DNA of 50,865 nucleotides from Candidatus Hermodarchaeota archaeon (GCA_048885865.1 JBHLLF010000020.1:1-50865); one strand, 5' to 3'; positions 35,797-47,000 are shown, counted from the first letter of the stretch. Notes: generated from the letters alone by a model not told the origin. Numbers and translations are program-made.

Positions 35797-37548
35797 TTGA
35801 TCATCAAGACCTACCTGATACGCATATCCACAAGCCAGATTCTTGCAAGTTCAAAGTACTGGCCAATCGATGTTCCAGAAGGCGAAATTCGTGAGTTTCT
35901 AGGGACAAGAAGTGAGATTCAGGAATCTTCCCCTGATAGTTTCACCGAGCTACCACTTGTAATTGATGACAACAAGTACATGGCGATTGAAGTAGTCGAG
36001 GACCTCTTGCTGGTCTACGTGACAGATGCGCAAGAGGATGAACGAGCAATTGCGGACAAGCTGCGAGATGGAGCGACAGCTATCAAGAGTCGCATCCTTC
36101 AGTCTGGCCTACAGACTATGGTAAACGAATACCAATTTGTAATTGAATCATCAATAATTACCAAACTCAAGATAGCATTGGTCGGTGAGGGCGGTGTCGG
36201 GAAAACAACCACTCTACATCTGCTTCTAGGAGACACACCACCAACCCAGTATGTGCCAACAATCGCTCTGAACCTGGAAACAGTGGAGAATATCCGCTTT
36301 GGGAATTATTCTCTGGTTCTATGGGATTTCGCAGGTCAGGAACGCTTCAGAAAACTATGGCGTTTCTACTTCCACGGCGCCGATGTGATTTTCTTGGTCT
36401 GTGACTCATCTCTACGTAATGTCATCATCAGCAAAGATATTCTCAAACTGATTAGAAGGGATGCTCCCAAAGTGCCTCTGTTTGCAATCGCGAACAAACA
36501 GGACAAGCCCAATGTGATGAAACCTGAAGTTGTACAGAAAATCCTCGGAGTTCCTACCTATCCAATGGTTGCTATAGATAAGGGTAGACGCGATGAGATG
36601 CTACGGATTCTCATGAATGCTGCTGCAACATATGTTGGCGTAGCCCTACCTGACCTACCAGCGAGACAGCTTCTTAGATTTACAGACGAAGCAACTGAGG
36701 ATGCCATTGCAGAAGTGGAAGCAAGGGCTGCGCGTTTGCAGGAAGAGGATGAGGACTACGAGGAAGTTGAGGTAATTGAGGAGATTCTGGTCGACGAAGA
36801 TGGTCACGTAATAGAGGATGGAGAGGATTACGAGATAATCGAAGAAGTTGTTGAGGAGATTGATGAAGTACCATCACAGGAGGTTGAACCTGCAGAAACC
36901 GAGCCAATTGAAGCCCCACAAGATGAAGGTGCTGAAGAGGGCGAACCAGGGGCAGAAGAGATAGCCGAAGTTGAACCTGTAGAAGCGGAGCCTCTGAAAG
37001 TCCTTGAACTGGAGGAAACTGATGAAGTCACAACTGAAGTGGTTGAGGAAGAAGAGATTCCTGAAGAGGCAGGTGAGCCGCCCGAGGAAGAAATCGAAAT
37101 CGTGGAAATTGAGGGTGAACCAATCTCGGAAACAGCTAATCAGGTGGACATTGAATTTGTTGCTGATGCGCCATCTAAAGAGGAAGTCGCTGTTCCTCAG
37201 GACAATGGGCGCCAAATGGCCATCGATCTTATCTTTGACGCTTTGGAGGCTGACGAACTAATCAGTGCTGAGATTGAGAAGGTATCAAAAGAAGAGCTTG
37301 ATACTGCGTTAGAAGCCTTCTCTCACGATGAAGTTCTTCCTCCCGAAGGCGAAGAAGGAGAAATCGAAAAGGACCTTGACGAGGACTCGAAGAGGGAATT
37401 GGCCATGTTTCTGGGGGTTTCTGAACCTTCAAGGCGAGATGATGACGATGAATCTGATGAAATGGATTCAGTGGATCTGGATGCCATCCATGAGATTGAT
37501 GCGATTCTAGGTATCACCACAGATGATGAGTCCGATGAATCTGATTAA
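35797..37548 (+). CDS. Longin-like domain + Arf-like small GTPase + long acidic disordered tail
   Basis: GEGGVGKT, PTI, WDFAGQERFR.LW..Y, NKQD; Glu/Asp-rich C-terminal half; RBS GGTGA. Confidence 0.85.
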   Translation: MIIKTYLIRISTSQILASSKYWPIDVPEGEIREFLGTRSEIQESSPDSFTELPLVIDDNKYMAIEVVEDLLLVYVTDAQEDERAIADKLRDGATAIKSRILQSGLQTMVNEYQFVIESSIITKLKIALVGEGGVGKTTTLHLLLGDTPPTQYVPTIALNLETVENIRFGNYSLVLWDFAGQERFRKLWRFYFHGADVIFLVCDSSLRNVIISKDILKLIRRDAPKVPLFAIANKQDKPNVMKPEVVQKILGVPTYPMVAIDKGRRDEMLRILMNAAATYVGVALPDLPARQLLRFTDEATEDAIAEVEARAARLQEEDEDYEEVEVIEEILVDEDGHVIEDGEDYEIIEEVVEEIDEVPSQEVEPAETEPIEAPQDEGAEEGEPGAEEIAEVEPVEAEPLKVLELEETDEVTTEVVEEEEIPEEAGEPPEEEIEIVEIEGEPISETANQVDIEFVADAPSKEEVAVPQDNGRQMAIDLIFDALEADELISAEIEKVSKEELDTALEAFSHDEVLPPEGEEGEIEKDLDEDSKRELAMFLGVSEPSRRDDDDESDEMDSVDLDAIHEIDAILGITTDDESDESD

Positions 37549-37654
37549 TAGCGCCTACTGTCCAATCAATACGACTATCGCAAGACTCAACTGCTACTGT
37601 ATATCCATCTTGTAATGCATTCCATTCACTATGGTCACTGCGAGGTAGTAGTAT

Positions 37655-38014
37655 TTGAAATTGAATGAAGTCGAGATAGGAAAGAATGTATCTGACCTAA
37701 TTGTGAGGGTAGTTTCAGTTGCGCCTCCCCGCATTGTTCGAGCCCGAGGAGGCCGCAAGACACAGCTCACTGAGGTCCTTGTAGCTGACCATACAGGAAC
37801 TACTATTCTAAGTCTATGGGGCTTTGGTCAAGGCGCCGCGCTTTCTGCCGGATTAGTCATCAAAATTACTGACGGCTGGGCTAAGGAGTGGCAGGGCAAA
37901 ATGCAGCTCTCACTTGGGCACTCCGGACGGTTTGAAATCATAGAAGATGACGAGTCCCTTCCATCCATTTCAGAACTAAGAAAAAGGACGCCGACTGATG
38001 AGATAAGCGAATAG
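37655..38014 (+). CDS. Single OB-fold ssDNA-binding protein (SSB/RPA-like)
   Basis: VADHTG...LSLWG...G.VIKI.DG...EWQG..QLSLG. Confidence 0.85.
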   Translation: MKLNEVEIGKNVSDLIVRVVSVAPPRIVRARGGRKTQLTEVLVADHTGTTILSLWGFGQGAALSAGLVIKITDGWAKEWQGKMQLSLGHSGRFEIIEDDESLPSISELRKRTPTDEISE

Positions 38015-38045
38015 GTCGCAATTGTGTACTGTGGTGAAGTCAAAG

Positions 38046-38534
38046 ATGACCTTGGCATATCTATCTGGTCCGATAATCCATACTGAAGATAGGCGCGATG
38101 ATTTCTATAGAGTTGTCATTGACCTGCTCGAAGAGAAAGGCGTTGAGGTCTTTGCCCCTCAATTCTACCCTCCTGCAAATGCAGAAGAAATCTATGAACG
38201 CGATGTTCGCAATGTGCGTGCCTGCGATCTTCTTGTCGCAGAAGTTTCAAGTCCTTCACATGGTGTTGGAATGGAGATTATGTTAGCAATCGAGCTATCA
38301 AAGCCAATCCTTCTGTTCTTTGACTCCACATCTGGCCGTCTATCAAAAATGGTTGAAGGGGCACCAGGGAAGGCACTCTTCAATTATCTAGATATCGATG
38401 ACGTGACTCAAGTGCTGGGCAGAATTGACTATGCTAACCTCATTGTTGATGATTGTCCCATTTGCGATTCTCAGGTCGTTGAAGTATCCAAGGATCAACT
38501 TCGCTGTGTTTCGTGCAACTCAATGACAACCTGA
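38046..38534 (+). CDS. Nucleoside 2-deoxyribosyltransferase / DNPH1-like N-glycosidase with C-terminal Zn ribbon
   Basis: YLSGPI; D.LVAEVS.PSHGVGMEI; CPIC...CVSC. Confidence 0.8.
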   Translation: MTLAYLSGPIIHTEDRRDDFYRVVIDLLEEKGVEVFAPQFYPPANAEEIYERDVRNVRACDLLVAEVSSPSHGVGMEIMLAIELSKPILLFFDSTSGRLSKMVEGAPGKALFNYLDIDDVTQVLGRIDYANLIVDDCPICDSQVVEVSKDQLRCVSCNSMTT

Positions 38535-38547
38535 GAGTGATTTTGAG

Positions 38548-39534
38548 ATGATTGAGCAGCCAAGGATTGAGTCAGGCATCAATTCACGCACTGTTCTGCT
38601 CCTGATTCTTGCTGTTTCAATGGTTTCGAGCGCAAGCATACTAATTAGATTCACCAATCCAATTCTCTCCCCTCCCTTGGTAATCGTCTTCTGGAGAACA
38701 CTCTATGGCTCAATAATCATGGCAGGTGTCGGAGCAGTCAGAGGGGACCTCAAAGCGTTTCGGGGATCGAAACTCAAGACAACTTGGTTTTGGTTGGCCG
38801 CCATCGGCATTGTTCTTTCTTTTCACTTCTCCACTTGGTTTACATCTCTGTTCATGACTACCGTTGCCGCAAGTGTAGTCCTTGTGAACGCCTCACCAAT
38901 TTTCACAGCTATCTTTTCCACGCTAGTTCTCGGTGAATCGCTGAGAAGGAAATCATGGGCAGGAGTTCTGGTGGCAGTGGGAGGTGCAATCCTTCTTGCT
39001 TGGAATGACCTTATATCCGAAGGATTTGGCGCACTTGCTGGCGATGCTCTTGCATTGCTTAGTGCTTTCTTTCTAGCAGTTTACTTCATAGGTGGACGGA
39101 GATATGCTGAGGGCTTGCCCATTACCGTGTACACCTCGGTCGTTTATCTTAGCGCGGCAATTACCACACTGCCTCTTTGCATGGCAATGGGGCTAAATGT
39201 TCTTGTCTTTGACCCACGTGAAGTCATCATATTTCTGGCACTTGCTATCTTTCCCACCGCGCTAGGACATTCCGTAAACAATTACCTGCTCACTTTGGTG
39301 CCCGCCTACGTGGTGTCATCTGCTGTGCTAGGCGAGCCGATTGGTGCTACACTACTCGCAGTGATTTTTCTTGGCGAAATTCCAACCGCGCTCACTATGA
39401 TTGGCTTTGGTGTGATTCTAATTGGAATCGCACTAGTCCTAGTGGATATTGCCTCAAAGGAACGCAGTAACGATTTAGCCCTTGATGACGCCAATCGGAC
39501 GAAGTCTCACAGCCTTGGTAGCGATTCCGACTGA
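38548..39534 (+). CDS. DMT/EamA-family transporter
   Basis: About 10 TMs; SPIFTA...LGE; EPIGA.L...FLGE. Confidence 0.88.
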   Translation: MIEQPRIESGINSRTVLLLILAVSMVSSASILIRFTNPILSPPLVIVFWRTLYGSIIMAGVGAVRGDLKAFRGSKLKTTWFWLAAIGIVLSFHFSTWFTSLFMTTVAASVVLVNASPIFTAIFSTLVLGESLRRKSWAGVLVAVGGAILLAWNDLISEGFGALAGDALALLSAFFLAVYFIGGRRYAEGLPITVYTSVVYLSAAITTLPLCMAMGLNVLVFDPREVIIFLALAIFPTALGHSVNNYLLTLVPAYVVSSAVLGEPIGATLLAVIFLGEIPTALTMIGFGVILIGIALVLVDIASKERSNDLALDDANRTKSHSLGSDSD

Positions 39535-40920
39535 GTCAGAAACCCTTACAACTTCATCTACATCTTTGTAGGCGCCTGGAGCTTCTTCTGCAATCACTAT
39601 TCCCTTTGCAGCTTTCACGATGATGCCTTCTTGTGCAAGACTGCTTTGAATCTCCTTCCCATAGAATTGCTTCTTGGCTCGACTTCTACTCATAAAACGG
39701 CCTGCTCCATGGGCGGTTGAGCCAAATGTCAGCTCCATGCCCTTTGGGTTCCCCACAAGGATATAGGATGCAGTTCCCATTGTGCCTGGAATCAAGACGG
39801 GCTGTCCTATGCTCTTATATTCGGATGGAGTTTCTGGATGCTCTGCAGGGAATGCACGAGTTGCGCCTTTTCGATGCACAACAACCTTTCTTCTCTGCCC
39901 TTCAATATCATGCTCCTCTACCTTTCCCATGTTATGAGCAACGTCATAAATCAGCCTCATATCCATGTCTTCTGCTGACTGTCCCATGATCTTCGTGAAA
40001 ACTTCACGTGTCCAGTGCATCATGGTTTGCCTATTGGCCCATGCAAAGTTGGCAGCTGCACTCATTGCACCGAGGTACGCTTGTCCCTCCGGAGATGTTG
40101 TAGGCGCACTGCAGAGCTCTCTGTCTGGGACTTGTATGTTGTATTTCACCATGGCCTGCGTCATAGTCTTGATGTAATCACTGCATACCTGATGACCCAG
40201 TCCCCTTGAGCCGCTATGGATCATGACTGTTACTTGTCCCTTCCTGGTGATGCCCATGGCTTTTGCAGCGGGCTCATCATAAATCTCATCGACGAGTTGT
40301 ATCTCGAGGAAGTGATTTCCTGAGCCAAGAGTTCCTACCTGGCTCATCCCCCTCTTCTTTGCATGCTGTGAAACCTTTGACGCATCCGCGATATCGAGAT
40401 TTCCTCCAGCCTCGATATGGTCTAGGTCTTCATCCCACCCATACCCCTCCTCGACCGCCCATGCTGCGCCGCTGTTAAGGACCTCATCAACACCGCTCAT
40501 TCCTGCGAGCTGGATTTTACCGCTTCTTCCTACTCCAGTTGGCACATCACGAAAGAGCGTTTCTATAAGGGACCCAAGCTTTGGCCTGACATCTCCTTCG
40601 TCCAGATTTGTTGTTAACACACGAACGCCACAATTGATATCATAGCCTACTCCACCAGGTGATATCACTCCATTCTCATAGTCCATGGCAGCCACTCCGC
40701 CAATTGGAAATCCATACCCTTGATGGCCATCCGGAAGAATAGTGCTGTGAGAATATATACCTGGCAAGCACGCTACGTTTGCCCCCTGCTCGAATGTCTT
40801 GTCTTGCTTCATCTTCTGGACAAGAGAACTAGAAGCATAGATTTTGACAGGTACAGTCATGCATGATTTTGTATCTTGAGGAATCTCGAACAGGTTCTCA
40901 GACAGCTTTTTGATATTCAC
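39475..40920 (-). CDS. rtcB: RNA-splicing ligase RtcB
   Basis: PDGHQGYGFPIGG, GYDINCG, GSGNHFLE, HSGSRG, HRKGAT, HGAGR, EEAP.AYK. Confidence 0.96.
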   Translation of the reverse strand: MNIKKLSENLFEIPQDTKSCMTVPVKIYASSSLVQKMKQDKTFEQGANVACLPGIYSHSTILPDGHQGYGFPIGGVAAMDYENGVISPGGVGYDINCGVRVLTTNLDEGDVRPKLGSLIETLFRDVPTGVGRSGKIQLAGMSGVDEVLNSGAAWAVEEGYGWDEDLDHIEAGGNLDIADASKVSQHAKKRGMSQVGTLGSGNHFLEIQLVDEIYDEPAAKAMGITRKGQVTVMIHSGSRGLGHQVCSDYIKTMTQAMVKYNIQVPDRELCSAPTTSPEGQAYLGAMSAAANFAWANRQTMMHWTREVFTKIMGQSAEDMDMRLIYDVAHNMGKVEEHDIEGQRRKVVVHRKGATRAFPAEHPETPSEYKSIGQPVLIPGTMGTASYILVGNPKGMELTFGSTAHGAGRFMSRSRAKKQFYGKEIQSSLAQEGIIVKAAKGIVIAEEAPGAYKDVDEVVRVSDSVGIATKAVRLRPIGVIKG

Positions 40921-41062
40921 GACCTCTCACTCCTGTTTGACAAGACAGGTTTCTGGATGTTGCTATAAGCATTGTGAAGCAGCCCACAAGACATTTTATT
41001 ACTGGGGCATCCACTAAGCACTTTGGGCCTATGGCCACAAATAATTGGAGGCGATGTACCAA

Positions 41063-42097
41063 GTGCATAAGGAGCGACTGACTGCAATGGTTACTTCCCA
41101 TGGATGAAGCTGCAAAGTCAAGCAAGACGATCTAGACCATCTTCTAGAGAAGACTGGCATTCTGTCGCTAGGTACTTCGTGCGCGAGTGAGGTTGGCGAT
41201 GATGCTGTGGTTCGCGTCCTCAACGACCAGGTGGCTATAGTCGAAAATGTCGATGTCTTTACACCTATTCATGATGACCCGCACATACAGGGAGAGATTG
41301 TGGCCTGCAATGCCACCAATGACGTCTTCGCGATGGGAGCAACTCAACTCATATCCCTTCAAGCCTTTATTGGCTATCCCGAAGAGATGAATGTGGATAT
41401 TGTTGTCGGAGTTCTCAAAGGGATGGATGATTTCATGAAGCGCCACAATAGTAGTGTAACTGGTGGCCAGACAATAACGAACCCCATTCCTGTCTTTGGA
41501 GGTATATGTCTTGGCACTGCTCAACCACACGAAATAATCTACTCTCATGGAGCCAAACCTGGCAACAAAATAGTCTTGACAAAACCTCTTGGCATCCAAT
41601 CTGCAATGAGGTCATACAGAGATCTGCAGGATGAGAAACGTGATGTTCTTCTTGCTGAGTTCAATGAGCAAGAACTCCACAAGATACAGGAAACTGCAGT
41701 GAATATCATGACATTCAGTAATCTTGAGGTTGCTGAAGCTATGAAGGAGGTTGGAGCTCAGGCGGCAACAGATGTTACAGGTTTTGGCCTCTTAGGTCAT
41801 GCTGGCACTGTCGCTACTAGAAGCGGTGTAGATGTTCAGATAAATCAGGTTCCTGTCATACCGGGAAGTCTTGATTTGGCTGCTTTCTTTGGTCACAAAC
41901 TCAGAGAGGGATTAGCTGCTGAAACAGCTGGAGGGATGCTAGTTTTCCTCCGCCCCGAAACCGTAGACGAGTTCTGTGAGATTCTTAGAGGAAAAGGGCT
42001 GCCTTGCTGGACCATTGGCGAATCAGCAAAGCCCAAGGGAGCGCCCGAGGCCAGACTGGCCGAGGATGTAGAGTTCATTGAGACCGAGTTCCCATGA
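41063..42097 (+). CDS. selD: Selenophosphate synthetase, selenoprotein (in-frame UGA at 41105-41107)
   Basis: RBS GGAGG, then GTG 41063: MHKERLTAMVTSHG-U-SCK..., in frame with GDDA, DVF.P, NATNDVFAMG, TKPLG, TDVTGFGLLGH, ETAGGML. Confidence 0.92.
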
Positions 42098-42137
42098 CAG
42101 CTTTCGTAAACCATTGTTGGGCTGAAAGCGGAGGACT
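42087..42137 (+). promoter_or_regulatory. Candidate eukaryote-type SECIS overlapping the selD stop codon
   Basis: ATGA(42094)-N11-AA-N20-GA spacing; GCTTTC/GAAAGC helix; CCA-TTGT-TGG apical mini-stem; AGTTC/GGACT lower helix. Confidence 0.45.
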
Positions 42138-42293
42138 GCTGCTGCAAGCAGCCGGTCTCCATTTACCGTTCAATTCTCCAAGTGTGGACGATAAGGAGCG
42201 AATTATAACACACTAAGTAGAAGACGGCAAACCATTTAACACTCAGAGTTTTACTCAGGAATCAACCCTCTGTAAGAACACAGGTGCAGTTCC

Positions 42294-42995
42294 ATGAAGA
42301 TTATCGTCACAGGGCCATACGAATCTGGAAAGAGCCTTATTGTGAATCACATTACTGATGGCCAATGCATAAATATCGAACGTCGAGGCACCACAATTGC
42401 CATGGACCATGGCATTACCAACGTAGGGGGGCTTAGTGTGTTCCTGTTCGGAACACCAGGCCTTCTTCGATTCAGAACCATAAGGAAAATCCTGAGTGAG
42501 GGCGCAGATGGAATAATCTTTGCTGTTGACTCAGCTGATCCAGAGTCCGACGCGAGAGCCAAGTTGTTCTTCAGAGAGATTGCATTCTTTCTCCCGGGAG
42601 TCCCCTGCGTTGTAGCTGCAAACAAGCAGGACTTGCCTGATGCCAGGCCAGTGGACCAACTTCGCAATAACATGACTTTCTTAGCTGGTCAAGCGGTGAT
42701 TCCTTGTTCCGCGAAGACTGGCGAAAACGTTGACAGGCTTCTAAGAACACTTCTGTTCCTCACTATGATGCAATGGAGTAGTGTATTCTCTAAATTCGCA
42801 GAGTATAGCGGGTCAAAGAATGGCCTCGCGAAACTGATGAAGGGACTCAATGTCGAAAGGGAGCAGGCAGTCGGCTATCTTCGGAGGTTTGAACTTAGAA
42901 AGCTCCTTGAGGTGCAGGTTGGCGACGAGCAATTTGAGGTCAAGGATGCTGTGAGAGCTCTTCTAGAGAATCCCAACTTGATAATGGCTCGTTAG
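42294..42995 (+). CDS. MglA-like small GTPase with C-terminal wHTH-like extension
   Basis: GPYESGKS, TTIAMDHG, FGTPG..RF, NKQD, CSAK. Confidence 0.85.
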   Translation: MKIIVTGPYESGKSLIVNHITDGQCINIERRGTTIAMDHGITNVGGLSVFLFGTPGLLRFRTIRKILSEGADGIIFAVDSADPESDARAKLFFREIAFFLPGVPCVVAANKQDLPDARPVDQLRNNMTFLAGQAVIPCSAKTGENVDRLLRTLLFLTMMQWSSVFSKFAEYSGSKNGLAKLMKGLNVEREQAVGYLRRFELRKLLEVQVGDEQFEVKDAVRALLENPNLIMAR

Positions 42996-43927
42996 TGATA
43001 CGCAGAAAGGCTCAAAAGAGAGAGAGTCCGCCACTTTCTTCAAGTGAAGGTGAGTCCCTGTTGAGCGATGAAGATACTGGACTAGATGATTTCGACCCAG
43101 CTGAGCTGTTGGAACAAGCAAATGCAGCCCTTGAAGCTGGAGCTAAAGATGATGCAGCGAAGATATTCAACGCAGTCGGAAACATCTACATGTCAGTAGC
43201 TGAATATGAAGAAGCGCTCAACTGTTTCAAGGACTCATTGGATATCTACACCGGATTGAAGGATGAAGCTGGTATCAGTGATGCCTTATACAACCTCGGA
43301 GTGGCACAAATCAATCTTGAGCAATGGGAGGAAGCCTCCAAATCGTGTGAGAAGGCAATAAAGCTCTTCCAAAAAACATCCAACGATGACGGTGCTGCTG
43401 ATGCCACCTATGCATTAGCCCTCGCAAAGCATGGTCTTGGTGATTTCGATCAAGCTCTGTCATTGTTCAAGAAAGCTCAGAAAGCCTACAAAACAGTTGA
43501 CAATCAACAGGGTGTGGCTAGTACTATTATGGACGTTGGGAACGCCTACGCGGATAAGGAAGATTGGGTGTCAGCTGATAAGGAGTTCAAAAAGGCTCTC
43601 AAAATCTATCGTGAAATTGACGACAAGGCAGGAATTGCAGATGCACTCTCTCTATTGGGAGACATTGCAGAGATGGACGGGAATCAGAGGAAGTCCGCGG
43701 AGCACTTCACTGAGGCAGCACAGAACTACATGGACGCAGAGATTTTCGATATCGCAAGAGAAGTCGTGGAGCGCGCTGAGCAGAAGCTCTGGGACATACC
43801 CAAGTCCACAAGACGTAGGTTGAGAAGAGTGATTGATGATATAATCGATGCATTGCCTGAAGAAGAAGAGGAACCAGAAGACTCAGATGACGACTTTGAT
43901 GAGGAACTTCTGGATTTCGTCGAGTAG
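42995..43927 (+). CDS. TPR-repeat protein with acidic termini
   Basis: About 40-aa TPR units (A..L..LG..Y...A...F..A..I). Confidence 0.88.
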   Translation: MIRRKAQKRESPPLSSSEGESLLSDEDTGLDDFDPAELLEQANAALEAGAKDDAAKIFNAVGNIYMSVAEYEEALNCFKDSLDIYTGLKDEAGISDALYNLGVAQINLEQWEEASKSCEKAIKLFQKTSNDDGAADATYALALAKHGLGDFDQALSLFKKAQKAYKTVDNQQGVASTIMDVGNAYADKEDWVSADKEFKKALKIYREIDDKAGIADALSLLGDIAEMDGNQRKSAEHFTEAAQNYMDAEIFDIAREVVERAEQKLWDIPKSTRRRLRRVIDDIIDALPEEEEEPEDSDDDFDEELLDFVE

Positions 43928-44045
43928 CACTATTTTGCTTGTCTTATTGCAATTATCATCTGGCATTTCTCAAAAGCAACCACATGAAAAAACACTATAT
44001 GCTACATTCTGATGTATTTTGCATTCAGAGATAGGAGTGCCTACC

Positions 44046-47000
44046 TTGAAGGCTGGAATGCTAAAGCCAATGGCAGTTTTGGTGTTGATTTTGTTCATGG
44101 TACCTCTCTTCGTGCCAATTGTAACACCACCTAGCACACTGTATAGCACTGAGACCCGTACTCCGCTGCAGGAATCATTGTTAAGCAGTATGCCAAATGA
44201 AACCATTCCAATGAGGAGAGCGACTTTTGTTGGACGGGATTCCTCCTCTTATTTTGACGAGTTCGCATATATGGCTGGCATTCCGAATAGCGTCTTTTTA
44301 TCCGGAGGAAATCAATACGTATCTCCCCTCATCATGGCCTCAGGTTCTCAGTCTGAAGAATGGTTTGTAAGTGATTGGGCTGAATATATTGAACCAGATG
44401 GGGGTGCTAGCCAGATAATTGGTGTCGGAGATCTGTCCAACTCTCTTGTGGATAGCATTCAGGACATGACTGGAGTGCAGGTATATCCTCGAATTACAGG
44501 GCTTGACTCTGCAGAGGTTGCAGCACAACTTGCAGCAATGGATTGGACTACAAGCAATATTGCGGTCTTCGCCTTGGCTAAGGACAGTTTTCCAGCACCC
44601 TCAGTGACATCTGGAGAAGCAAGCTTCACATTTCAGGACGCAGCCTTGTCTACTTACACCTCGAGTGAATCTGTGAACTATGGGTCCATTGAAAACATAA
44701 CATTCACTCCTCCATCATCTGCAGTTTGGATGGAAGGAACATTCGATTGGTCCGGCAGTGACTTGCATACGCATCAACTTCGGGATCCCAGCGGTGCAAT
44801 AGTAGACTACTCAGTTTATAGTCAGGTGTACTTCGAGCGAAATCCGTCATATGTTGCAACCTTAGTTCCCTTGAAGTTCTGGTATCCAAAGACCCAGGAT
44901 GGGACTTGGACCATGGCTGTTGAGCGCTTATCAACCGGAATCACCGACCTAAGCTGTGAGGTGAAGTATCATCCAGGTTTTACTCAAACAGTACCTGTTC
45001 CATCGGATGCTCAATGGCTCAATGCCACAATAACTTGGGATAACACTGCAACAGATCTCAATCTGGCACTTGTTGGTCCGAATGGTAGGTTGGTCCAGTG
45101 GGCTCCTGCAGGCAGCATTTTGGCTGGTCTCAGCAGCGAAACAGTGGAAATTCCATACCCCACAGCTGGGGACTGGACAATTATGATATCCTGGATTGAT
45201 GCCACTGAAGAGGAGAATAATGTTGATCTATCCTGGGTTGTTTCAACATTGCCCTCTGGTTTACAGGCACATCTCGAATCCGCAGCTAATGGAGCTGTTC
45301 TTGCATCGTTGATGAATGCGCCTCTACTCTACGTGACAGAGGACTCAGTTCCAGAGGCCACACTTAATGCAGTACAGAGGCTAGGTGTCAATGTCAGCTT
45401 TCTGGTCGATCCTGCGAACATTCATACCACAGCCCTCGAAACTGAACTCGATGCCTTCTCCTTCTTGACTTCTTTAGAGAGCTATTCTCTTATGACACAA
45501 TGGATTCAGATGCTTTCTGAGGAAAGCGACATCATATTGACCGTGCCCCTTGGAAATGGGAATGAGGTATTTGCACCTGCTGCATATTCAGCAGCATTTC
45601 ATGGAGCACCAATACTCTCGCTTTGTGGAGATGACAATTACCTGACAACAAGAGCCGAGGAGACCTGGGCGCCATATCTGGTTGGCCCCGATATTGACAT
45701 CTACATCACAACTAGATGGACTACGAGAAATGAAAATGGCTGGTATGATGAGCGAATTCCAAACACCTACTCAATGAGGCAATCTGTGAATGATTTTGAA
45801 GACTTTCTCATTGATCGCGGTGCATACAATGCAACTGGTCCGCAATCAGTCGTAATTGTATCTTCACCAGAGCTCATCAAAGTCAGTTTCGACAGATCGT
45901 TGCAGAGTCATTTTCAGGCTGGACGCATACCAACCGGAGACCCCGCACTTGCCTCCGTCCTGATTAACAGGGCTGCCCATCATAGATTTCTGTTTCTGAC
46001 ATCTGATTCAGCCGAGGATGCGATGCTAACATTCTATGCCTATACAGATGGATCGCCCTTTGTAGATAATTTTCTCAATGGATACGAGATTTGGCAGATT
46101 GAAGATAGCACATCGGCTCTTCAGAACGCTGATTTCAATGTAGTCACTCATGTTGGCGCTAATGAAGTCTTTGCCACTGTGGACACCCAGCTTGCTCTAT
46201 GGTCTATGAGCACTCATGGTACCCTATCCCAAGGCCCTCGAGACCCTCCCGCGCGGCCGAGTGGTCCAGGACTGTTCTCTTTGAGGGATCAGGATGCCAA
46301 CTGGGGATTTGAAGTCAGTGAATCAACACGCGAGAGTCCTTCGGACGTTGACCATCTGGTGAACCCAGTTGCTTATGAAGCTGAATTCGGGCATCATGTG
46401 ATGAGAACAACTGATGATTTGGAGGCTGCAATAGGCAACATTGGTTCTCCAATCGTCATCTTGACAGCCTGTCTCCTAGGTGGGACAAGGCTTCCTATCA
46501 TGCTAATGGAGCATGGGGCTGTGGGAGTGATTGCTTCTCCCCGTACAGTGTATTTCCAGCCAGCTGGTACTCTATCAATTCAGATAACTGAGTCTCTATG
46601 TAGTGGCAACGCAACAGGTTCCGCCCTCAGTGATGCCCTAGTTAGGGTTTCACACGACTATTCTGACCCGTTGATTGGTCGTGAGCCTCGTGACTATGGA
46701 AACCAGCAAGTGCTCTTTGGCGATCCAGAAGTACATCTCTACTCTCCGACAAGTTCGCCGCGAATCTCTTCTGTTGACCCAAGCTCTATTTCACTTGACG
46801 GGCATCAGCCGGGGCGGGGAGTTCCCGCTTTAGCTGCTTTTGGCACAACTGACTACCTGCCTCAAACTCTGGATGACCTTTCAATAGATCATGACTTCTA
46901 TGATGATTCAAATCTCACAGACTCTCAGTGGCTCCTATCTCTAAGATTCACTGTTTTGGTTGAACCAGGTTCGCTTCCATCTCTATCCACTGACTTGGCC

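Noticed and set aside
36700-37548. Tandem DNA repeat in the GAA/GAG-rich region
   Set aside because: Explained by Glu/Asp codons of the acidic tail; no fixed period
39475-39534. 60-nt convergent overlap of the EamA gene and rtcB
   Set aside because: Common in compact archaeal genomes; the EamA tail looks like a non-conserved extension
41207-42097. ORF-track start for selD
   Set aside because: Would omit the catalytic U-x-x-K motif; the true start is 41063 with UGA recoding
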